Notes: generated by a model not told the origin, from the letters alone. A DNA stretch of 64,000 nt from Candidatus Nomurabacteria bacterium (GCA_031425235.1 JANPIZ010000001.1:27731-91730), one strand, 5' to 3'. Positions 21,523 to 32,465 are shown, numbered from the stretch's first letter. Made by a program: numbers and translations.

Positions 21523-22569
21523 TTATTTTATAGTATTACCTGTTTTTATAACATGGTCCACGAGTGTATATGTATACCCCATTTCATTGTCATACCAAGC
21601 CATGACTTTTACCAAGTTTCCTCCCACTACTCGAGTCATCTGTAAGTCTGCGATCGACGCATGTGATTCACCTAAAATATCCGAAGACACAAGATCATCT
21701 TCGGTTACAGCGAAGACCTTACTCCATTTTTCACTTGCTGCTGCTTTCTTTAAAATTTCATTCACTTCCTCAGCGGTAGTATCTTTTTTAGAAATAAATG
21801 TCACGTCTACTATAGACCCTGCTGGCACAGGTACTCGAATAGATATACCGTCAAAAAGTCCAGTTAAGTCTGGAAAAGCTTTAGTGACAGCAATGGCCGC
21901 ACCGGTAGAGCTCGGCACTATGTTTTGCGCAGCTGCCCGGCCTTCACGACGATCCTTTTTGCTTGGTCCATCGACGAGGGCTTGCGAAGCAGTATATCCG
22001 TGCACAGTATTTAAAATCGCTTTTTCAATACCAAGTGCTTCGTGAAGAATTCCGATAAGTGGTGAAGCAGCGTTAGTAGTACATGATGCATTTGAAGTAA
22101 TATCGCAGGTACCGAACTTATCTTCGTTCACTGCCATAAGAATAGTTTCCCCTTTCATCTCCACTTGTCCTGAGCTTGTCGAAGGGTCATCTCCTTTTGC
22201 TGGTGCTGAAATTACAACTTTTTTTGCTCCAGCTTTTATATGCGCATCTGCTTTTGCGTAAGAAGTAAATAGCCCAGTGGATTCTACTACGACATCTACA
22301 CCCATATCTTTCCACGGTAACATAGCCGGATCTTTTTCAGCCAAAACTTTTATTTTCTTCCCATCAATGATTATTTCTTGTCCTTCTGCCTTAATGTCGT
22401 GTTTCCATTCTCGGTAGACAGTATCGTGTTTGAGTAAATACGCCATATTAGCCACGTCACCAAGGTCGTTCACTGCTACTATCTCGATTTCAGGTCGCTC
22501 CCAGGCTATTTTCAAAAAAGCCCGACCGATCCGTCCAAATCCGTTGATTCCTACTTTAATTGTTTTCAT
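21523..22569 (-). CDS. gap: Type I glyceraldehyde-3-phosphate dehydrogenase
   Basis: GINGFGRIGR, SNASCTTN, WYDNEMGY. Confidence 0.98.
   Translation of the reverse strand: MKTIKVGINGFGRIGRAFLKIAWERPEIEIVAVNDLGDVANMAYLLKHDTVYREWKHDIKAEGQEIIIDGKKIKVLAEKDPAMLPWKDMGVDVVVESTGLFTSYAKADAHIKAGAKKVVISAPAKGDDPSTSSGQVEMKGETILMAVNEDKFGTCDITSNASCTTNAASPLIGILHEALGIEKAILNTVHGYTASQALVDGPSKKDRREGRAAAQNIVPSSTGAAIAVTKAFPDLTGLFDGISIRVPVPAGSIVDVTFISKKDTTAEEVNEILKKAAASEKWSKVFAVTEDDLVSSDILGESHASIADLQMTRVVGGNLVKVMAWYDNEMGYTYTLVDHVIKTGNTIK
22164..22186. repeat. Short REP-like repeat half inserted in frame in gap (encodes PSTSSGQ)
   Basis: CTTGTCCTGAGCTTGTCGAAGGG in a loop of GAPDH that is normally shorter; resembles the CCTGAGCTTGTCGAAGG repeat family I recall from other genomes. 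Confidence 0.6.
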
Positions 22570-22685
22570 ATTTTCATTGTATCAAATCAAATTTCCCTTA
22601 TCAATTTTTTCAAAACGCGGCATAAAAATCTGTACCGAAAAAAGTTGATATTTTAGAGATTGCTTTAATATGCTAACATAGAGAA

Positions 22686-25600
22686 ATGGCAGCAGAAAAA
22701 CAGGCACAATTCGTGCATTTACATACACACTCGCATTATTCCCTTCTTGATGGGCTTTCAAAGCTCGAGGATTTGGTCGCTCTTGCCAAGAAATTCAAAA
22801 TGTCTGCTCTCGCTATCACTGACCATGGCAACATGTACGGAGCTATTGAATTTTATAAACTTGCCAAACAGGCTGGAATAAAGCCTATCATTGGAGTCGA
22901 AGCATACGTGGCAAACAGAGGCCGCCTCGACAAAGAGCCCGGTATCGATAACAAGCGGTATCATATGATACTGCTCGCTAAAAATTTAGAGGGGTATAAG
23001 AATTTAATAAAACTTGTTACGCTGTCGCACCTCGAAGGCTTTTATTATAAGCCCCGAATGGACAAAGAAATTTTGCGAAAATACCATAATGGAATAGTTG
23101 CTCTGTCAGGATGTATGGGTGGTGAACTTGCCAAAGCTCTGATGGATAAAGACCTTGAACGTGGTGAAAAAATAGTAGCCGAATACCAAGATATTTTTGG
23201 TAAAGAAAATTATTTTCTTGAAATACAGGACTATGGAAATATTACTGGAGGTACGAAACTCCGCGAGGGGTTGATCGCTCTCAATAAAAAAACTGGTATT
23301 CCGCTTGTAGCCACTATCGATTCTCATTATTCTCATAAAGACGATGCAAAAGCTCACGACACACTTTTATCTATCCAAACAAATTCCGACATCAAAGACG
23401 AGAACAAATTCTCTTTTGGTGATGGAGATTATTCTTTTAAAAACGAAAAAGAAGTAAAAGAAATGTTTAAAGATATCCCTGAAGCAGTGTCAAACACGGT
23501 AAAAGTGGCAAACATGTGTAACCTCGAGCTCGAGCTCGGTAAATGGGTGTTCCCTGATTTAGAAATTGAAAAAGGAAAAACATATAATGAAAAATTGCGT
23601 GAACTTACGTATGCAGGCCTCAAAAGTCTCAACGTCGAAGAAACAAAGGAAGTAAAAGAAAGAGTGGAATATGAACTTGATGTTATTTTTAAAAAAGGAT
23701 ATTCACCCTACTTCCTCGTTGTGGGAGATTTATTACGCTATGCAAAAGAAAATGGAATTTTAACTACAATTCGAGGCTCCGTAGCTGGATCGATGGTCAC
23801 ATATCTTATCGGTATTACCAATGTAAATCCACTCGAATATAAAATTCCATTCGAAAGATTCTTGAATCCATTTCGTCCTTCCGCCCCTGATATCGATATG
23901 GACTTTGCTGACAATAGGCGCGACGAAATGATCGAATATGTAAAGCAAAAATATGGCGAAAATAACGTCGCGCAAATAGGAACATTTGGCACCATGATGG
24001 CTCGTGGAGCAGTGCGTGATGTCGCACGTGCACTCGCTCACCCATATGCGATTGGTGACAGAATTTCAAAAATGATTCCAATGGGTTCTCAAGGCATGCC
24101 AATGACCATAAGCCATGCGATGAAAATAGTTCCTGAGTTAAAAGAAGCATACAATAAAGAAAAAGATACGAAAGAAATAATAGATATTGCTAAAAAACTA
24201 GAAGGTTGTGTGCGACATGTATCAGTGCATGCTGCTGGAGTCGTGATAGCACCACTACCTATTTCCGAATATTCTCCTACACAGTTTGATCCGAAGGGTG
24301 GAAAAATAATAACTCAATACGACATGTATAGTATTGAAGAAGCAGGACTTTTAAAATTCGATTTTCTTGGTATTCGAAACTTAGCTATCCTTGCTGATGC
24401 GGTAAGTTTAGTAAAACGATTTTATAATATTGATATTAATATTGAACGTATACCTCTCGACGATAAAAAAACATTTGAACTCCTCGCCAGTGGACAAACC
24501 GAAGGCTTATTTCAGTTAAACGGTAGTGGCATGACGAGGTACCTCAAAGAACTCAAACCTACTTCCATCCACGATATCAACGCGATGGTAGCCTTATACC
24601 GACCCGGACCTATGGAATCCATCCCTGAATACATCAAACGTAAACACAATCCAAGTCTGATAAAATATATGGATCCGAGAATGAAGAAATATCTGACCGA
24701 ATCATATGGTCTTATCGTCTACCAAGACGATCTGCTGCTCTCGTCTATCGAACTTGCAGGCTACAACTGGGAAGAAGCGGATAAATTCCGAAAAGCGGTA
24801 GGTAAAAAAATCCCTGCGGAAATGGCCGCTCAACGAGAAAAATTAACCAAAGGTATTATTGCAAATGGACAAACACCGGCATTCGCAGAAAAACTCTGGA
24901 AACTTTTTGAACCTTTCCAGGCCTATGGATTCGGTAAGGCACACGCCGCCTCATACGGTAAGGTTGCATACCAAACTGCATACATGAAAGCAAACTATCC
25001 GGTAGAATATATGACTGCTATTCTCACTGCGGAATCCGGCGATGTTGAGAAAATATCTGAAATTATCGACGAATGTAAACATATGAACATTTCTGTGCTT
25101 CCTCCACATATCAATGAAAGTCAGGGAGGATTTACTTGCTTACCGGAAGAACAAGATACAATAATAAGCTTGGAAAATAAAAGTAAAACTATTCGTTTTG
25201 GGTTTTACACAATAAAAAACTTAGGTACCGACATATCGGACGCTATAGTTCGAGAGCGGATGGAACATGGTAAATTTAAATCGATCAGTGATTTTCTGGA
25301 CCGAATCAAACATAAAAATTTAAATAAAAAATCAATGGAAGCCTTGATAAAGTCAGGTTGTATGGATGACTGGGGCGACAGAGGAGTGTTACTCGCAAAC
25401 CTTGAAGGCATGCTCGCCTATAATCACGAAAAAAATAAGCAAAATGAAAACCAGGTTTCACTTTTCGGAGAGTTAAAAGAAGACGTAACATCATTTAAAA
25501 TGAAAGAAGCCAGTGAAGCCACTCAAGCTGAAAAGCTTCTGTGGGAAAAAGAGCTGCTTGGTCTCTACATTTCCGGGCATCCACTTGATCGCCTACGTGA

Positions 25601-25901
25601 AAAATTAGAAAGTAGACAAGTAAACATTAAAAAAATAAAAGCGGAAGGTGAAAACGATATGAAAATTACTATTGCCGGTATTATCGAATCAGTGCGACAG
25701 GTAGTCACTAAAAAAAATGAACGAATGGCTTTCTTGAAAATTGCTGACCTCACTGACTCCATAGAAGCGGTAGCATTTCCTTCAATATTCAAAGAATCAA
25801 TAGATATACTCATACCAGAAAAATGTATAGCTCTGTCAGGAAAAGTTTCAAACCGAAATGGTGAAAAAAGTATTATAATAGAAGCGTTAAAAGAAATTTA
25901 A
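22686..25901 (+). CDS. dnaE: DNA polymerase III alpha subunit
   Basis: HLHTHSHYSLLDG PHP domain, RGSVAGS, PDIDMDF, KFDFLG, C-terminal OB fold; no intein. Confidence 0.98.
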   Translation: MAAEKQAQFVHLHTHSHYSLLDGLSKLEDLVALAKKFKMSALAITDHGNMYGAIEFYKLAKQAGIKPIIGVEAYVANRGRLDKEPGIDNKRYHMILLAKNLEGYKNLIKLVTLSHLEGFYYKPRMDKEILRKYHNGIVALSGCMGGELAKALMDKDLERGEKIVAEYQDIFGKENYFLEIQDYGNITGGTKLREGLIALNKKTGIPLVATIDSHYSHKDDAKAHDTLLSIQTNSDIKDENKFSFGDGDYSFKNEKEVKEMFKDIPEAVSNTVKVANMCNLELELGKWVFPDLEIEKGKTYNEKLRELTYAGLKSLNVEETKEVKERVEYELDVIFKKGYSPYFLVVGDLLRYAKENGILTTIRGSVAGSMVTYLIGITNVNPLEYKIPFERFLNPFRPSAPDIDMDFADNRRDEMIEYVKQKYGENNVAQIGTFGTMMARGAVRDVARALAHPYAIGDRISKMIPMGSQGMPMTISHAMKIVPELKEAYNKEKDTKEIIDIAKKLEGCVRHVSVHAAGVVIAPLPISEYSPTQFDPKGGKIITQYDMYSIEEAGLLKFDFLGIRNLAILADAVSLVKRFYNIDINIERIPLDDKKTFELLASGQTEGLFQLNGSGMTRYLKELKPTSIHDINAMVALYRPGPMESIPEYIKRKHNPSLIKYMDPRMKKYLTESYGLIVYQDDLLLSSIELAGYNWEEADKFRKAVGKKIPAEMAAQREKLTKGIIANGQTPAFAEKLWKLFEPFQAYGFGKAHAASYGKVAYQTAYMKANYPVEYMTAILTAESGDVEKISEIIDECKHMNISVLPPHINESQGGFTCLPEEQDTIISLENKSKTIRFGFYTIKNLGTDISDAIVRERMEHGKFKSISDFLDRIKHKNLNKKSMEALIKSGCMDDWGDRGVLLANLEGMLAYNHEKNKQNENQVSLFGELKEDVTSFKMKEASEATQAEKLLWEKELLGLYISGHPLDRLREKLESRQVNIKKIKAEGENDMKITIAGIIESVRQVVTKKNERMAFLKIADLTDSIEAVAFPSIFKESIDILIPEKCIALSGKVSNRNGEKSIIIEALKEI

Positions 25902-25912
25902 GATCTTAAACT

Positions 25913-26143
25913 CTACATAACTTGTTCTGAGTCGGGTTCCAAAGGTGGTCTTGCTATATCTTCTGCCATTTGCACTGCCTCTACTGGTGATTCAATCCTA
26001 CCATTCAATAATTGTTCTAAAACTTTCCTCACCTCTGGAATATCATACTCTCGGTCGCTCTGCTTAAGTTGCATTATTATCCCTTCAATCTCGTTTACTG
26101 CATCTTTAAAGGGGTTATTAATATTTCCGTAATGATTTTCCAT
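25913..26143 (-). CDS. Small acidic hypothetical protein
   Basis: ORF track; directly downstream of pth, co-oriented. Confidence 0.55.
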   Translation of the reverse strand: MENHYGNINNPFKDAVNEIEGIIMQLKQSDREYDIPEVRKVLEQLLNGRIESPVEAVQMAEDIARPPLEPDSEQVM

Positions 26144-26153
26144 AGGTTTTTAA

Positions 26154-26681
26154 TTAATTATACAAACTCATAGTTTTTCCGAGTCCTTCGGAGTAAAACA
26201 TTTCTACAGCTTCAACTATTTTCTTTGAAAGTTTTTTTATTTGCTCGAGTTCTGGTTTTTTGAATTCTCCGAGCAGGAATTTCATGACCGCTTGCTCCCC
26301 TTTTGGTTTTCGTGTCTTACCTCCTGGCGTGGTCGGCGCTATACCTATCCTGATCCGGGTAAATTCCCTTGATTTTACATGTTTTATTATTGACTCGAGT
26401 CCATTGTGTCCGCCGGAGCTTTTATCAAAGGATATTTTTATTTTCCCAAGTGGTAAATCAATATCGTCGTACACCACGATGAGCTGCTCCAAATCTTTTT
26501 TGGTTTTTATAAATGGCTTTACTGCTTTTCCAGAATTATTCATAAACGTATCTGGAGTTATATATTTGATTTTGAGGTCCTCAATTTTTTTTTCCAAAAT
26601 CTCGACGATTATTCGCCCCGCATTGTGCCGAGTATGTTCGTATTCTTTCCCTGGGTTTCCTAATCCGACAATTAATTTCAT
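26154..26681 (-). CDS. pth: Peptidyl-tRNA hydrolase
   Basis: GLGNPG...TRHNAG, FMNNSG, GGHNGL, RIRIGI. Confidence 0.96.
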   Translation of the reverse strand: MKLIVGLGNPGKEYEHTRHNAGRIIVEILEKKIEDLKIKYITPDTFMNNSGKAVKPFIKTKKDLEQLIVVYDDIDLPLGKIKISFDKSSGGHNGLESIIKHVKSREFTRIRIGIAPTTPGGKTRKPKGEQAVMKFLLGEFKKPELEQIKKLSKKIVEAVEMFYSEGLGKTMSLYN

Positions 26682-26786
26682 AGTTAAATACTAACACTTC
26701 AGAAGAACTAAAGGCAAATAGTGAAAATATTATTAAAAAACAAAATTTGATATGCTGTCAAGGATATTGTGTGATATATTATAGCC

Positions 26787-27359
26787 ATGGAAGAACAAAA
26801 AGATGAACAGAAAACTCTCGGACAGTCATTTTGGGAGTTAGTCCGATTTGCGGCCATAGCTCTCCTCATAGTCATACCAGTACGGATGTTTGCCATAGAG
26901 CCATTTGTGGTATCGGGTTCTTCTATGCATCCTACCTTTGAAAATGCAGACTATTTAATCGTGGATAAAATCTCATATTCGCTCGGAACTCCGAATCGCG
27001 ATGATGTAGTCATATTCAAATACCCAAATGATACAAAAAAGTATTTTATAAAAAGAATTATCGGCTTGCCAGGTGAGACGGTCGACATAAAAGGAAGTGA
27101 CATCTTTATTACAAATGCAGAACATAAAGAAGGTTTCAAGCTCGATCAACCGTTTATCAAGGACCCTGCAAGTAATCAAACTCATGTCGAACTAAAAAAT
27201 GATGAATATTTTGTCATGGGGGATAATAGGAATGCGAGTTCCGACTCGAGGTACTGGGGGCCAGTAAAAAGAAATTTGTTAGTCGGTAAACCTCTCGTGC
27301 GATTATTACCACTAAACAATGTAAATATATTACCAGGTAGTTATACGCAAGCAGAATAA
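26787..27359 (+). CDS. lepB: Signal peptidase I
   Basis: GSSMHPT, FIKRIIGLPGE, GDNRNASSDSRYWG. Confidence 0.96.
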   Translation: MEEQKDEQKTLGQSFWELVRFAAIALLIVIPVRMFAIEPFVVSGSSMHPTFENADYLIVDKISYSLGTPNRDDVVIFKYPNDTKKYFIKRIIGLPGETVDIKGSDIFITNAEHKEGFKLDQPFIKDPASNQTHVELKNDEYFVMGDNRNASSDSRYWGPVKRNLLVGKPLVRLLPLNNVNILPGSYTQAE

Positions 27360-27361
27360 AT

Positions 27362-28666
27362 ATGAAAAAAGCAACAAAGGATGGAAAAAATAAAGCGAAA
27401 GAGATAGCCTCACCAAAAGGTATGAGAGATCTCATGAGTGAAACCTACTACAATTTTCAAGGCTTCTTTGAAAAAGCCCAGGAGGTTGCCGTTTATTATG
27501 GCTTCAAGCCAATAGATACTCCCATGCTTGAGCATGAAGAAATATTCACCACGAGCATTGGTGAAGGTACTGATATCATTGATAAAGAAATGTATACACT
27601 TAAAACGAAAGGTGGCGACCATCTCGCGCTTCGTCCGGAACACACAGCCCCACTTATGCGTTCATATATAGAAAATGGTATGCAAAACATGCCACAACCA
27701 GTACTTTTTTATCAGTATGGCCCGATTTTTAGACATGACAAACCACAAAAGGGGCGTTACCGACAATTTTGGCAATTTGACCTAGATTCTTTAGGTAGTG
27801 ATAAAAGTATCATGGATGCACTTGTTATTAAAGCAGGTATGAGCATCCTCGAAGAAGCTGGAGCTACTAATATATCTATAGACATAAATTCTATTGGTGA
27901 CAAGGAGTGTAGAAATGGATATATAAAAGAGCTTGTAAGTTACTATAAAAAACACATTAGCAACTTACCTCCTGTCGACCGAGAACGACTCAAAATAAAC
28001 CCCCTCAGGATACTCGATTCTAAAGAAGAAAAAACCAAGGAAATAAACGTAGGTGCTCCAGATTCAATCTCATTTCTCTGTAGCTCTTGCAAAAAACACT
28101 TCAAAGAGGTGCTTGAGTATCTAGAAGAAATCGGTGTACCTTACAATGTTAATAAAAACTTAGTACGTGGACTTTCCTACTATACTCGTACTGTATTTGA
28201 AGTGTATAGTGAAAGTGAAGAGGAGGGTGGATTACCGGTGCAAGTCGCGTCAGGTGGACGATATGACTATCTCGCGAAGCAAATCGGAGGAAAGAAAGAC
28301 GTACCTGCAGTTGGTTTTTCTATGGGTGTAGACCGCATAGTCGAAGCAAAATGGTATAAAAAACTAAACCCGCGTATTATAAAAAAACCGAAAATTTATT
28401 TTATCCAACTTGGCTCCGAAGCAAAATTAAAAAGTTTAAATATTATAGAAATACTACGAAAAGCTCACATTCCTATCGCGCAATCACTTTCCAAGGATTC
28501 ACTAGGCTCCCAACTCGCCATAGCTGAGAAACTCGCTATACCTTATGCACTTATTTTCGGAGTCAAAGAAGCATTGGAGAATTCTGTTATAGTGCGAAAC
28601 ATGAGCAACCGCTCACAAGATACAGTAAAACTACCAAAACTACTTGAATACCTAAAAGAGTTGTAA
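27362..28666 (+). CDS. hisS: Histidyl-tRNA synthetase
   Basis: LRPEHT, FRHDKPQKGRYRQF, VRGLSYY, GGRYD. Confidence 0.97.
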   Translation: MKKATKDGKNKAKEIASPKGMRDLMSETYYNFQGFFEKAQEVAVYYGFKPIDTPMLEHEEIFTTSIGEGTDIIDKEMYTLKTKGGDHLALRPEHTAPLMRSYIENGMQNMPQPVLFYQYGPIFRHDKPQKGRYRQFWQFDLDSLGSDKSIMDALVIKAGMSILEEAGATNISIDINSIGDKECRNGYIKELVSYYKKHISNLPPVDRERLKINPLRILDSKEEKTKEINVGAPDSISFLCSSCKKHFKEVLEYLEEIGVPYNVNKNLVRGLSYYTRTVFEVYSESEEEGGLPVQVASGGRYDYLAKQIGGKKDVPAVGFSMGVDRIVEAKWYKKLNPRIIKKPKIYFIQLGSEAKLKSLNIIEILRKAHIPIAQSLSKDSLGSQLAIAEKLAIPYALIFGVKEALENSVIVRNMSNRSQDTVKLPKLLEYLKEL

Positions 28667-28682
28667 GACAATAGATAATACT

Positions 28683-29258
28683 ATGAAGAAAATTTTTCAA
28701 GAACCCGAAGAAGTACTCCGTGCCGTAGCCAAGGAAGTTCAGCTAGAAGACATAAAAGGCAGTAAAATAAAAAAAATACTAAAAGAGATGTCAGCCTCTC
28801 TCGCTGACCAAGATGACGGAGTTGCTATAGCCGCTCCGCAAATAGGCTATTCACTCCGTATATTTGTGGTGTCAGGTAAAATATTTGATAAAGACTTCGG
28901 CAAAAAAAGAACGGAAAGATTGCTACAAGAAAATAAGTTGTCGGACAGTGGAATAAATAAAAAAATAAAAATCCCAACCCCCGTCTATCCAGATATAGTA
29001 TTTATTAATCCAAAAATTTCAAAACTCTCGAAAGAAAAAGAATGGCTCCCTGAAGGCTGCCTATCTGTGAGATGGCTGTATGGAAAAGTTCATCGATCTA
29101 AAAAAGCTACAGCTACAGCTTACGATGAAAATGGTAAAAAGTTCACCAGGGGCGCCTCTGGATTACTCGCTCAAATTTTCCAACACGAGACTGATCATCT
29201 AAACGGAATACTTTTTATCGATCAGGCAAAAGACATAAAAGAAGAATTGCCAAAATAA
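28683..29258 (+). CDS. def: Peptide deformylase
   Basis: GVAIAAPQIG, EGCLS, QHETDHLNG. Confidence 0.96.
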   Translation: MKKIFQEPEEVLRAVAKEVQLEDIKGSKIKKILKEMSASLADQDDGVAIAAPQIGYSLRIFVVSGKIFDKDFGKKRTERLLQENKLSDSGINKKIKIPTPVYPDIVFINPKISKLSKEKEWLPEGCLSVRWLYGKVHRSKKATATAYDENGKKFTRGASGLLAQIFQHETDHLNGILFIDQAKDIKEELPK

Positions 29259-29264
29259 CACGCC

Positions 29265-30125
29265 ATGCAACAATATATACCTAAAGAAATAAATTTTGTA
29301 TTTTTTGGCACTTCGGAAGAAGCCACGTATGCTCTTAATGCCCTTCTCTTGAAAGGATTTATCCCATCATTAATTGTAACTGCTCCTGATAGACCGGCTG
29401 GAAGAAAACATGAATTAAAATCACCACTGGCAAAAATATGGGCAGTAGAACATTCTGTTCCCTTTTTACAACCAGAAAAAATTAATTCTGACATAATAGA
29501 AAAAATTGCAGAGCAAAAAGCTGATATTTTTATAGTTGTTGGCTATGGTAGAATACTGCCTCAAAAACTCATCGATATACCCAAATACAAAACTATCAAT
29601 GTACACACTTCCCTTTTGCCTCTCTACCGAGGACCTACACCAATAGAAGGACCCATACTCGCGGGTGATTCGGAAACAGGTATCACCATCATGGTTATAG
29701 ACAAAGAAGTCGATCATGGACCGATTATACTCCAAGAAAAATATACGCTCACCGGGCATGAAACCACTGCCGAGCTCACAAAAATATTATTCACCCGTGG
29801 TGGTGAAATGTTGGGAGAGATAATCAATGATTGGATAACGAGGAAAATAACACCACAAGAACAGGATCATTCCAAAGCAACATATACTCAAAAACTTAAA
29901 AAAGAAGATGGCTTGGTACATTTAGATGAAGCCCCGCTTATCTTGTATAACAAATTTAGAGCGTATTCTTCGTGGCCTCGAATTTTCTTTTTCAAGAATA
30001 ATAAGAGAGTAATAATAACTGATGTCGTACTCGAAGACGGAAAATTTATAATAAAAAAAGTATTACCCGAAGGTAGAAAAGAAATGACCTGGAGGGAGTT
30101 TGAGAAAATTAATACTTTCCAGTAA
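29265..30125 (+). CDS. fmt: Methionyl-tRNA formyltransferase
   Basis: NVHTSLLPLYRGPTPI, DHGPII; follows def. Confidence 0.94.
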   Translation: MQQYIPKEINFVFFGTSEEATYALNALLLKGFIPSLIVTAPDRPAGRKHELKSPLAKIWAVEHSVPFLQPEKINSDIIEKIAEQKADIFIVVGYGRILPQKLIDIPKYKTINVHTSLLPLYRGPTPIEGPILAGDSETGITIMVIDKEVDHGPIILQEKYTLTGHETTAELTKILFTRGGEMLGEIINDWITRKITPQEQDHSKATYTQKLKKEDGLVHLDEAPLILYNKFRAYSSWPRIFFFKNNKRVIITDVVLEDGKFIIKKVLPEGRKEMTWREFEKINTFQ

Positions 30126-30507
30126 AAGGGTTTCTTTTTGATAGCCCTTTCAACATTTTTTTGACACTGGAGGCTCCTCTTTTAAATAATGTTTGTTTCC
30201 TGTCTTTATTTTTACTTATTTCCCGAAAAAGATTATCCTTGACTACATCAATTGCAGCATAGAGATCTTCTTCATCGGCGCTCGAATAAAATTCTTTCCC
30301 ATCTATTGTAATCAAGCAATCAGCAATAAACACATCGCCGCCCTTGTGATGATGTGTACTTTTCCCAACTTCAAAATTCACGATTACTTCACCGCCTTTT
30401 TTTTCAATACCAGAAAGGATTTTCTCGAGATTAGTAAGCCTCTTTAACACATAGTTTTTAATAGGCTTTGTAAGCTCTATATTTTTAGCGTGTAAATTAA
30501 CTTGCAT
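30109..30507 (-). CDS. hpf: Ribosome hibernation promoting factor (HPF/RaiA)
   Basis: NIELTKPIKNYV...EDLYAAID; start taken at MQVNL. Confidence 0.88.
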   Translation of the reverse strand: MQVNLHAKNIELTKPIKNYVLKRLTNLEKILSGIEKKGGEVIVNFEVGKSTHHHKGGDVFIADCLITIDGKEFYSSADEEDLYAAIDVVKDNLFREISKNKDRKQTLFKRGASSVKKMLKGLSKRNPFTGKY

Positions 30508-30556
30508 ATATACATTATACCAAGAAATGAACCCTGTAAGCAAATTTATTTTATTT

Positions 30557-31159
30557 TTACATTTTACGAGAGAGCTTTTTTTTAATAGATGATTTAATTA
30601 TAAATATAACTAACACAATAAGCAGCAGGAACCCAATCGCAGTATATAAGCTGTCGAACACAGAAGTGAGGTATGTAAAACCGTAACCTGAAATAAAACC
30701 AAATGGCAGTATCACAAGTAGTGATAGGATGATTGCATATGACTCATAATACATAAACCTTCTGAAACTAATGTTTGTTTTATTTACATACATCGTCAGT
30801 ATAAGAGGAGTGCCTACTATGAACTTAATAAGAATAAGGGCAACTAAATGACTCCCATTACTCATCGCTGTCACGGCTTCAGTGATCGATGAAGTCGTAG
30901 TATTAGCATAACGGTGTAAGTATATGTTGCTCATAGTTTTTGTTTTGCCAATAAAAAACCACAAAATATTTGGAAGAAATGCTCCTAAAAAACTAACCAC
31001 AATAACAGGTACAACACCGAGAGCTCCCTGAGCAGCTAAAAACCCAAAGGTGAATAAGGCAAATTCTCCCCCGAGCGCGGCTCCTAAAAATATAATGACA
31101 TATTGAAAAGTCTGATGATTCAGTATAAATAAGCGCAGCCACTCGATGGATTCGATCAT
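30557..31159 (-). CDS. DedA/VTT-like membrane protein
   Basis: Multi-TM; FLGAALGGE, GFLAAQG, KFIVG, RRFMYY. Confidence 0.7.
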   Translation of the reverse strand: MIESIEWLRLFILNHQTFQYVIIFLGAALGGEFALFTFGFLAAQGALGVVPVIVVSFLGAFLPNILWFFIGKTKTMSNIYLHRYANTTTSSITEAVTAMSNGSHLVALILIKFIVGTPLILTMYVNKTNISFRRFMYYESYAIILSLLVILPFGFISGYGFTYLTSVFDSLYTAIGFLLLIVLVIFIIKSSIKKKLSRKM

Positions 31160-31197
31160 TCATACATTTTATCACTTAAACATGTTAGAATAAAGCG

Positions 31198-32442
31198 ATG
31201 AAAAATCAGGTAAAAATAGTAATTATAGGAAATGGCTTTGGTGGCATCTATACCCTGCAGAATCTACATCGACTCTTCCATAAAAATCCCCATATTGACA
31301 TCACGTTAATCGGTGAGAAAAACTACTTCCTCTTTACCCCACTTCTTCACGAAGTGGCAACAGGGGGCATCAATGCTGAAAATATAATCCAACCAATACG
31401 TACTATCTTGCGATGCTGTCTGAAAAATTTTTATCTTGGTAAAGCAGAGCACATAAACCCTATAGAAAAAACAGTTACAGTGCATGGTTACACACTCCCA
31501 TATGATTATTTGGTGCTCGCTCCAGGGGCAGAAACAAATTTTTATAATATTCCTGGCGCCGAAGTACATTCGTTCACCTTAAAATCAGTGGAAGATGCCC
31601 GCAAGATAAAGAACCACGTTATTAATCAAATGGAATGCGCTATTCACACTAAAAACGAATCTGAGCAAAAAAAGAAGCTCACCTTTACCGTAATCGGTGG
31701 TGGACCGACTGGTGTCGAACTTGCGACCGAACTCCAAGAACTCATTCAAGAAAACTTTTCTCATTTTTATAAAAAAAATATCATTCACAATACCTCTGTG
31801 GTTTTAATCCAAAGAGATAAAGATCTTGTACCTCAATTTAGTAAAAAAATGCGCTCCAAAAGTTTGGAGATTTTACAAAAAGAAGGAATCACGGTATTAC
31901 TAAACGCGGAAGTAAAGGAAGTAGGTAAAGAATATGTACGCCTCGCTGACCAGACCACTATAGAAACACAGACAGTCATTTGGGTAGCGGGTATCAAGCC
32001 AGTCATGTTGCAGTTCGACACTGAAATCGAACATTCAAAAATGGGCCAGTTATACGTAAATGAATACTTGCAATTAAAGGAACATCCTGAAATATTTGCC
32101 CTCGGCGACACCATTGCTTTTGAAGAAAATTTACAAAAATTCGCCCCAGCTCTCGCCCAAGCAGCTGAAAAAGAAGCCCACGTGGTTGCCGAAAATATCC
32201 AGGCACTTATCAAGCATAAATCCCTTAAACCCTTTACCTATCGCTCAAGTGGCACACTTATGTCACTCGGGCAGTGGAAAGCTATTGGAGAAGTTTTCAA
32301 TATAACATTTTCAGGAAATATCGCCTGGTGGATTTGGCGAACGATATATCTCTCAAAACTTATTTCACTACGAAAAAAGGTTGAAGTCGCTATCGATTGG
32401 ACCATCAACCTTTTTTCACCTCGAGACATTTCGCAGTTCTAA
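31198..32442 (+). CDS. ndh: Type II NADH dehydrogenase-like FAD oxidoreductase
   Basis: GNGFGG, FTPLLHEVATG, GGGPTGVELA, FALGD, PALAQAA, AWWIWRTIYL. Confidence 0.9.
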   Translation: MKNQVKIVIIGNGFGGIYTLQNLHRLFHKNPHIDITLIGEKNYFLFTPLLHEVATGGINAENIIQPIRTILRCCLKNFYLGKAEHINPIEKTVTVHGYTLPYDYLVLAPGAETNFYNIPGAEVHSFTLKSVEDARKIKNHVINQMECAIHTKNESEQKKKLTFTVIGGGPTGVELATELQELIQENFSHFYKKNIIHNTSVVLIQRDKDLVPQFSKKMRSKSLEILQKEGITVLLNAEVKEVGKEYVRLADQTTIETQTVIWVAGIKPVMLQFDTEIEHSKMGQLYVNEYLQLKEHPEIFALGDTIAFEENLQKFAPALAQAAEKEAHVVAENIQALIKHKSLKPFTYRSSGTLMSLGQWKAIGEVFNITFSGNIAWWIWRTIYLSKLISLRKKVEVAIDWTINLFSPRDISQF

Positions 32443-32465
32443 ATTCATAACATATTAACTTTTCT

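Noticed and set aside
22599-22650. Imperfect inverted repeat between gap and dnaE
   Set aside because: Mostly A/T runs with a long spacer; not distinguishable from background.
28890-28990. Insertion in peptide deformylase (and a shorter one in DnaE near 25140)
   Set aside because: No palindrome, repeat or intein motifs; variable loops.
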